Assembly: GCA_021791545.1 (NCBI GenBank)
Contig: JAJYWL010000007.1
Coordinates: 3,972-67,971 of the forward strand
Origin: a bacterium
GTDB taxonomy: Bacteria > Patescibacteriota > Microgenomatia > Levybacterales > UBA12049
Reading direction: 5' to 3'
DNA: 64,000 nucleotides
The notes beneath the pieces are model-generated. The model ran no database searches. It saw nothing but the letters and a program-made list of their open reading frames with translations, and was not told the origin of the DNA. Shown piece by piece: positions 8,030 through 17,000 of the stretch (positions within the stretch are counted from its first letter, which is position 1; the number at the start of each line of letters is the position of its first letter). Made by a program: the position numbers and the translations under genes.

Positions 8030-11000
8030 TTAATTGACAATAATCCAGTTAAATGGAATATTTGACGTTGCAAAATCGGGAAGTCCGACGGTAAATGACT
8101 GTCCCGCAACTTGTCTGATAAGGTAGATTACCTGGTTTTTTGTATCTGCTGTCGGCGTTATATAAATGAGTGATTTATCTGTTACAAGTGAATTATCTAT
8201 TGTTACTTCTTTTTGATGTGCTGCTATCCAGGCAGTTCCTGCTGAACCGGTTGCCGTAATTTCTGTTTCCGATAATGCTTGAGCAGGTTGTATTAGGCTT
8301 AAGTTAAGCTTTGCAAATGTTCCGGCACCGGAAGCTGTAAGATCTCCAGATTTTCCGTTAAGGCTAAGAATAGATGATCCTGTCGCATTTGTGACGTTAA
8401 GATTTGCCACTTTTCCGGATGGGGAGGCAAGGTTAATTGCCAAGTCATTTCCCGGAATTGGTGCAATAGCGTTGGCATATAGAGTTCCTTTAACTTGGAC
8501 ATCCGATCCGAAGGTTACGTTTCCGTTTGTATCTATATATACAAGACCTGCCATTATTGAGACTCCACCTTGTTTAAGAGGTTGAATGTTAAAGTCAGAA
8601 CCTAATACATTAATAGAGTTATTTGCAAGTATTAAGCTTCCGTTTATTGCTACCTGTCCTGTTATAGATACATCGGATAGGGAAGAAGGTCCAAATACTG
8701 TAAGTCCTTCGGAGAAGGCAGCAGTCTGGGAAGAAAGCGTGGGAACGTATGAAAGTTGTCCTGACATTGAAGATATATCCATATAACCCGTTCCTGTCTG
8801 TGTTTGGTTTGTTGTTCCTGAGGAAGTACTCGTTGAAGAGCCGTTTACAAGACCAAAGTTTGTGTTAGATGAAGGAGTACTATTATATACATTAGTAATA
8901 TTGGTTACATAAGTTGCAGAAGAGCTTCCTGAAACTATCTGATCAGCAATGATTTTCCCTACATGTAAAGTTCCAGAAATACTTGCATCATTTGTATCTA
9001 ACTGATTAGAGGTTAGCTTTCCACTGAAGCTGGCGTTGCCTTGATTATCTATTGTTGCAACGGCAGAACCGGAAGAATTATTTGTGTTCAAAACAGATAA
9101 TTTATCATTTTCAAACCTTAAAGCTACTGCTGAGCTTGTTGCAGTAGGGGCTATTAGATTTGTTTTAATAGAATCCGATGCAATAGGTGAGACAACTTGT
9201 CCATTTGCATTCTGACCAACTATGTTATTAACAATAGTAGCTATATAGTCTCCAAGGTTTTGTCCGTTTACAATTATTTGCTGTGCATTTACAACTCCTG
9301 CTCTTAGATTTGCGACTGCAAGTTGCGCAAATGCTCCAACTCTATCAATAGGATTTCCTAAAGCATCAGATATTGAATAGTAGTGGGGAACAGTAAAATC
9401 AGCGCTTGTTGTTGCTTGGTCAACAATGCTCATATCTCCTGTAGATGTAAGATAGACCTGGGGATCAGAAAATCCAGGTTTAATAAATACCAAAATTTTT
9501 CCGTATGCATAGCAGTCGGGCTCATTTTGAGTACAGGTAGAATCCAAAATTTGCCACTGTCCGTTTATTAGTCTTGCCGATTGGGTTGCACTTGAAGGAT
9601 CAAAATCTGTTAAAGCTGTTCCTACAACCATTCCTGCTTTGGTTGCTTTCATTCCAACTCCGGGAATTTCGCTTGATGTTACTAGGTCACCGACTTTAAT
9701 AGGGCCATTTTTAGAAGTGACTTTTACCGGAATACGTCCTGCAACTGTCAAGGGTCTTTCATTAGATTCCCAGAGATTGTCTGAATTAAAATTGTTATTA
9801 ATTAACATTCCCGGGTTTTCGCTTATTGCTCCTATTAAATCAGGTGAATATGGAGTACTTGTTTTCGAAGCTAAAGCTTTTTGGTAAATGTCTTTTACGC
9901 TGTTGTCATAATCTTTTGCAGCAACTATATCACCAGAATCAATCGATTGATCTTTTATTCTTATAGTTTCAGCGTAGTCAGGTGTGGTGCTTCCTGTAAT
10001 CGTACCTGCTGCTCTTATGATACCGGTTAAGCTGATTGATACAAGGCTTGTCCCACCGTTTCTTTCAAACATTAATTTTCCGGTTGTAGCAGAGCTTGCC
10101 GTCAGATAAGTGTCCATCCAATATGTTGAGTTTTGTGTCCATTTTAATCCTCCTTGTCCAGCTACGCTACCGCTACTTACAACAGTTACCCATTGTCCAG
10201 CCGATCCTGATGGATCCATGTATACGTTCCCATAGAAACCTGAGTTATCTATATTCAAAGCTGAAGATGATCCGTTTCCTCCGAGGTGAAGAGCACCAGC
10301 TGTATCCGCAACCAAGTACATGTCGGAATTACTGGTAGATCCGTCACCAACATACCCAATTCTTGTTCCACCGCTGTCATAAAAACCTAAATAGGCATTG
10401 CTTGTGGCTCCTGTAGCTTGACCATACAATCCTACATAATGGGTCTCGTTTATTCTCATGGCTAATGTCGGGTTTGTGTTTACTGCATTTATAGTGTTGA
10501 AATCAAAGTAACCTCCGGAGGTATCAGAAACAAATCCTATGCTTGCTGCTCCATACGTGCTTCTTGCGAATGCTCCGTCGCTTGATCTTCTGTTAATTGC
10601 AAGATAAGCAGCATCAATATATGTATCCATATACATTCTATTTCCGCTTGACGAGCCTATACTCCAGTTGGAATTAGCCGTCCCGTTGCCAATTGATAGA
10701 TTTTCGGCTGGGGATGTGTTTCCAATTCCGATGTTTCCACTTGATCCGGTAATTGTGCCTCCTCCGCTTCCAAGTTTAAGACTCGCTATAGCACTATTAC
10801 TATTTCCATAAAGACCAAGAGTATTTGCAACATCAATATCTGTAAAGAATGAATCGTCACCTACTTGAAGTAATTTTGCCCCAGGATTACTTCCGCTGTC
10901 TTCAATAAGTATGCCTCCATTAGTTCCTCCTCCGCCAAATACGTCCATTTTGTATCCTGAGGTAGGGCTGGTTACGTTGACTCCAATATTTCCGAGATGA

Positions 11001-14000
11001 TCTATCATCATCCTTGTCTGTGCTCCGGTAGCAAAAGAATTTGTGGTTGCAAAATACATCTTAGTTCCGTAGGCTCCGCTAGATTGTACATAAATACCAG
11101 CTTGAGCAGTATTGCCGGATGAAGATTGTCCTGCACCAAAGGTAATTCCATTAGCATAGTCAGCAACGTTTGTAGGTGCTGTTAAATGTATGCCATAAGT
11201 GGTAGCGAGTCCGGGAGTTGTTACATTTATGGTACTACTTTCGGATACATCTAATAAATCATTTGGAGCAGTTATTCCAATTCCAACGTCTCCTGTGCCC
11301 GTTATTACCATTCTTTGATTAGTACCGCCTGTTAAAAATGAAATTGGAGCATTGTTTCCTTGGAATATGTTTAGAGAGTTAGCTCCTCCATAACTTGCTA
11401 ATGCTGTTCCTCCTGCAAAAACACCCATGTTTTGAGCAGCATCGCTTTTAAGTAATAAATATGCATATCCTGCAGAATTGGTATTTTGTATCTCTCCAGT
11501 GATGCCGGATGAAGAATTTCCATAAATATGTAAAGGACTTGCAGGGCTATCTGTTCCTATTCCCATATTTCCACCATAGCTGTAAAAGGCGTAGGTAGGG
11601 TTAGTTTGTGTTCCAGCAGGAAGAGACGCAACTGAAGCAGAATTTGTTGGTGAAATTGTAATATTATTACTTGCGCTTAAAGCTGTGTATGTATATTCCT
11701 CATAGCTTGTTGGATTTTTAACATATAAAGTACCAGTAGTTGGTCCCGCATAGCTCGTTAGAACAAAGACTATGTTTGCTGCCTTAATTCCATAAAGATA
11801 AGAAGCCTGTAAAGAAACAATTGGGGGACTTCCAAATGCCGCCTGTTGTTTTACTTGCAAATGTACAAGGGCATTATCGTCAGATTGAGATCCTGCAGCG
11901 CCTTGTTTCGAGATTAAAATATCTGCTGTCCCATATCCATATTGGGCAGGAATACTTACAGATGCAATAGGGAAGTATTGATTTGTATAGGTACCTCCTC
12001 CTGTAGTTGTTGTCCACCCAGACATTATTCCTTGTTCGAATAATCCTATTCCTCCGGCAACATCAAGTTTCGTAGTCGTACCAGTAATAGAATATGTTCC
12101 TATTCCGGCAGCTCCTGCTGTCGTAAGAGAAGTTCCCGAAGCTGCTGGGTCAAGGAAGTATGAGTTGTTGTCCAAGTCAGTAAAGGATCTACCATATATA
12201 GAACCAAGATTTGTAACTTTAAATTGTAGTCTTCCAAGAGCAGGGGATAGACCTGATGAAGCATTTATTAAATCTCCTGCCCCGGTATTGCTGTCTATTC
12301 CTAAAGCAGGTCCACTTGTTGTTCCCGAGAAAGAAGCGATAGGAGTAGTTGCTGAACTTCCTCTTACATCTAAAGTCGCAAGGGGAGCTGATATGCCAAG
12401 GCCAAGATTTCCTAAATGGTCTAATCTCATTTTTTCTGTGTAGGTTGCTCCATTTCCTACCATAAACCCTATATAACCGCTTTGATCTGTGGCTGAGAAG
12501 GCAGCATCTGTTCCGAAATTTATTCTTCCGACATCTTTGAAACTCGTTCCGTTATATGCTCTACCTACAAGAGTAGTTACGTCGGAATTTGCTGTTGCTA
12601 TTGTAGGAGCTGCTTTTGTTCCTTTTGCAACCTGAAGAATTAAAGCAGATTGTCCTGTTGTGCTTCCCGTGTAATTATCTACTTCTACACTTGGATACCT
12701 TGGTGCAGTGCTTGAATCATTTTCTACTACTATTATAGAATTCATATCATTTCCTACCACATTTATTCCCCCTCCATAGCCTTTATTTGGAGTAACAATT
12801 AATTGTCCGCTAAATGAAGCTTGAGTTTGGTTTCCCATTAAACCTGTGAATGCAAAATCTGCAGATGCTGTCGAAGATCCCCCTATAAGAAGATCATCTC
12901 CAGATTGAACAGGGGATAGAGCACCCGAAAGTTCTTGCCAAAAGTTATATGTAGTCGGACATGTTCCCCAGGCAGGTATACTTGATCCGGAAAGAAGACA
13001 TTGTCCGGAAGTTGTTGTTGATGAGACTGAAGTAACAAGACCTGTTGAATTTGCAGAATAGAGTACTGCATTGTTTCCATTGTTATTAACAAGAGTAAGA
13101 GTTTTCCCTGTTGGTATTGTAGTATTTCCATTTAGAGAAACTGTTCCTGTTCCTGTTGCAAAATTACCAGTTCCTGACATTGTTATATTTCCTGAACCAT
13201 CAATGGTTAATCTTGTTGAAAGGGTTTCTGGGTTTACTCCTGATACTCCTGCGGTTGATGTCATAAAATATATGTTTCCTCCAGCAGCGTTTCCTGTAGA
13301 TATTCCGCTTGCTAGGGTAAGATTGGCTCCTGTAACGTTTGTACCTGATCCTCCGCTGGCGTGTAGTATAACTTGTCTGGGAGAAGCCGTAGTAACTCCG
13401 TTTCCAAGATAAAAATCTTGTATGTAGCTTGTGCCCGTATTTCCTCCTATAACTGCTTGATTCGACCCTGTCGCAATTGCGTTATACCCTAAAGCAAGAG
13501 AATAATTAAGGTTATTCGAAGACATATCTGCATATGCTCCGATTATGGTGTTATTGTTTCCAACAGTAGGAACTGTGCCTGCATATGCTCCTAGTAATAC
13601 ATTATCTGTTCCTCCTCCTAAATTAACTCCAGCTTGATATCCGAGTAAGGCATTTTCAGTACCTGTGCTCAAGTTTGTACCTGCGCTTGTTCCAACAGCT
13701 GTGTTGTATCCTGAAGCAGTAGGGTTGCCAGCAAATCCTCCTACAAATATATTTGAAGTGCCATAGGCAGAAAGTATATTTGTTCCTCTAAATGCATAGC
13801 CTGTATAGCTATTAACTCCTCCTCCGTATCCCTTGTTTGGCATTATGTTAAGTTGTCCGCTAAATGATGCTTGTGTCTGGTTTCCCATCAGACCTGTAAA
13901 TGCAAAATCTGCAGATGCTGTTGAAGAACCTCCTATAAGAAGATCATCACCTGGTTGAACGGGGGAGAGAGCACCTGCTAGTTCTTGCCAGAAGCCTGCC

Positions 14001-17000
14001 CCTCCATTTGTAAGAAGTACACCATTGGAATAGATATTTTGACCATATATGTTTCTCCACTGGTGTGTGGCATCTCCTAAATCTATCTGCTGATTGGTTG
14101 TAGGGGCAACATTTGATCCTGTTCCTCCGGAGGGAGCTATGGCTAGATTTCCTGAGGTAGCTAAAAGTTGGACATTGTTTGTAGTTGCTCCATCATAAAT
14201 TTGGATTCCTCCTGTTCCTCCTCCATAATCGTAGTTAAATCTAACAGCAGAAGTACCTCCGTTTGAAGATATATCCAAGATTCCGGATGCTCCTGTTTTT
14301 TTAATAACCGTATCTCCACTTGAAGCTGTAAAACTTAATCCATTTCCTGTTGTAGTTATAGCTCCGGTTGCATCAACTTGAAAATTGGAAGAAGATCCAA
14401 CGGAAAATAACGCAGCTGAATTGGAATTTCCTATTCCAACATATCCGGAGCTATTAATAGTAAGTCTATCTGTATACGTTTCTGCGCCATAGGCTGTTCC
14501 ATTGGTTCCTTGCTGAATCCTAAAATCAAAATTGCTGCTTGCCAAGTAAAGTCTTGCACCTGTTCCTATTCTATTTCCTGATGTAGTTCTGTAAAGAGTG
14601 ATTGCTGGATTAGCATTGCCCTGAACAGATTCTCCGATTGTTACCAATGAATTAGCTGAAAGAAGAAATTCTGCTGAACTCGATGCAAATGGAGTTACAG
14701 GAGTACTGGCTGAGACAGAATTTTTAAATACAGCTCCGTTTCTTACATCAAGCTGAGCAACTGGATTATTTGTTCCGATACCAACATTGCCAGCAAAATA
14801 GCCTTGTCCGTCTGCTCTCACGCTAAAATTGGTGGTTGAACCAGTTACTCCTTGAAAATAGGTGTTATTAGCACCCGTTAAATTGTCTGTTATTGCCTGG
14901 AATATTCCAGGCGCACCGTAAGAATATCCTGATCCTACTTGGTGTCCTGTAAAAAATACTTGCCCAGTTGTGCCCACTGATGCAACAGCACCGGTTGTAT
15001 TTACGGTAAATTGTCCATTGGAACTGTTGGGACCTACAGTTAAAAGTTGTCCTGGATTTGTTGTTCCTATTCCAACATTTCCTGAACTGGCTTGTATCGT
15101 CATCCAAGTAGACGTGGCATTCATGTTGGTAAATCTTAGATCAGCTCCCGTTCCGGCTCCCATTGCTGCACCTGCGCTTTCGATATAATTTATTCCACCG
15201 CTGGGAACGAATTTAAGTCCACTTAAGACGCTTGCTAGTGTTCCATTATCTCGGATATATTGAGTACCAAAAACATCTAGGTTAACTTGTGGAGCTGCTG
15301 TGCCTATACCAACATTGCCTTCTACAATAAGACCGTTTGAGGGAGGGGTAGTGGTGACATATGTTGATCCAATAGCCTGACTCCCGCTTACTTCCAATAC
15401 AGCTCCAGTATTACTATATGTTGCTCCTGTATTCGATAAAACAAAGCCACGACTAGTTGCTGCATTTAAAGAGACACCTCCCTGATAATTTGCTAGTATA
15501 TATGCATTATTGGCTGTTCCACTATTACGTCCAGTTAGGTTTAATTGAGCGTTTGCGCTTCCTGCTCCTGCGTCAATAGTAAAGGCTCCGGTAGTATGGC
15601 CGGTACCTGTTACGTCAAGAGTATATGCGGGAGTGTTTGTTCCAATTCCAACATTTCCTCCGTATCCATTATTTGGCATTACGATAAGTTGTCCGCTGAA
15701 GCTGGCTTGTGTCTGATGGTTTGCAAGTCCAAGTCCTGTGAATGCAAATTCGGCGGATGCTGTCGAAGATCCTCCTAGTAATAGATCATCTCCTGACTGA
15801 ATAGGGGACAGAGCTCCCGAAAGTTCTTGCCAGTAGTTATAGTTTCCTGTAGAACAGCTTCCCCATGAGGCATTTGCTCCTCCGATAAGACATTGTCCTG
15901 CTCCTGTTGAGGCTCCCAGTGTAATTGCTCCGGAAGTTAAGGTTAATCCGGTAGAGGCTGCTATTGCGCCTGATGAATTAACTTGGAATTGAGCCGAAGA
16001 TCCTACATTAAATAAGGATGTGGCTGTTGTTCCGCCTATTGTAAAGTTACCGTTGGTGGCAACCATATATCGTGGAGGATAGCTGGCTGAGGATGAATCA
16101 AAAACCAACGTTCCCGTGGGGATAGATGTAGAACCAGTTGGATTAGGGTAAACAGTAGCTTGAATAGATTCTGTAATATTATAGGAGATAGACGTATAGC
16201 TGGTTGCTTTGTGGTAAGTATAGACTGAAATTGATCCGTCTGTTTCCTGATAGGCCAGAATCTTAGCTTTACTTCTTACATCTCCAAATAGATCATATTC
16301 ATATTTAAAGCCATTTCTATTACCCATTAAGATATTGAATTGGGATTTTTGATTGCTGCCCCAGCCATCGTCAAGAATTCCGTTAATAACTATATGATCG
16401 TATGTCGCGCTTGTGGAAATTGGTAAAGTTGCTATTTTATAATAAGTGTCGGAAGCAGGATTAACTCCTGTTTGGCTCCAACCCCAAACGGTATTGTTTA
16501 TTTGTGCGCTATTTCCTACTACTTGAAGAGCAGTTTGTGGATTATTGGTTCCTATTCCTAAATTTCCACCAGTTAAATAAGAATTTCCACTGGAGCTAAG
16601 TTGGACAGTAGCGCTTGCTCCTGAATAATCGTTTATGCCCGGGCTTATTAGAAATGCTGAAGCATTAGCAGCGGAGTTGTTAAACTGAACAATTTTACCT
16701 GTTTGATCTAATCTAAAAGATTGATGACTAGTTGTATTGACAACATTGGTAAGATTTATAGTGGTAGCTTGAACCGTACCACTTGTGTTACCGGGTGTGC
16801 CATTCCCGATATTTATATATCCATCTCCTCCCCTTGAGATTCCCGTAGTGACTGATCCTGATCCGTTATCCCAACCAAGTGATCCTCCCGAACTTAAGGT
16901 TAAAAGTTGTCCTGGGTTTGTTGTTCCAATTCCAACATTTCCACTACTATTTATTACCATTGCCGTTCCTGTTCCAAAGGAATTATTATTAACATTAAAT

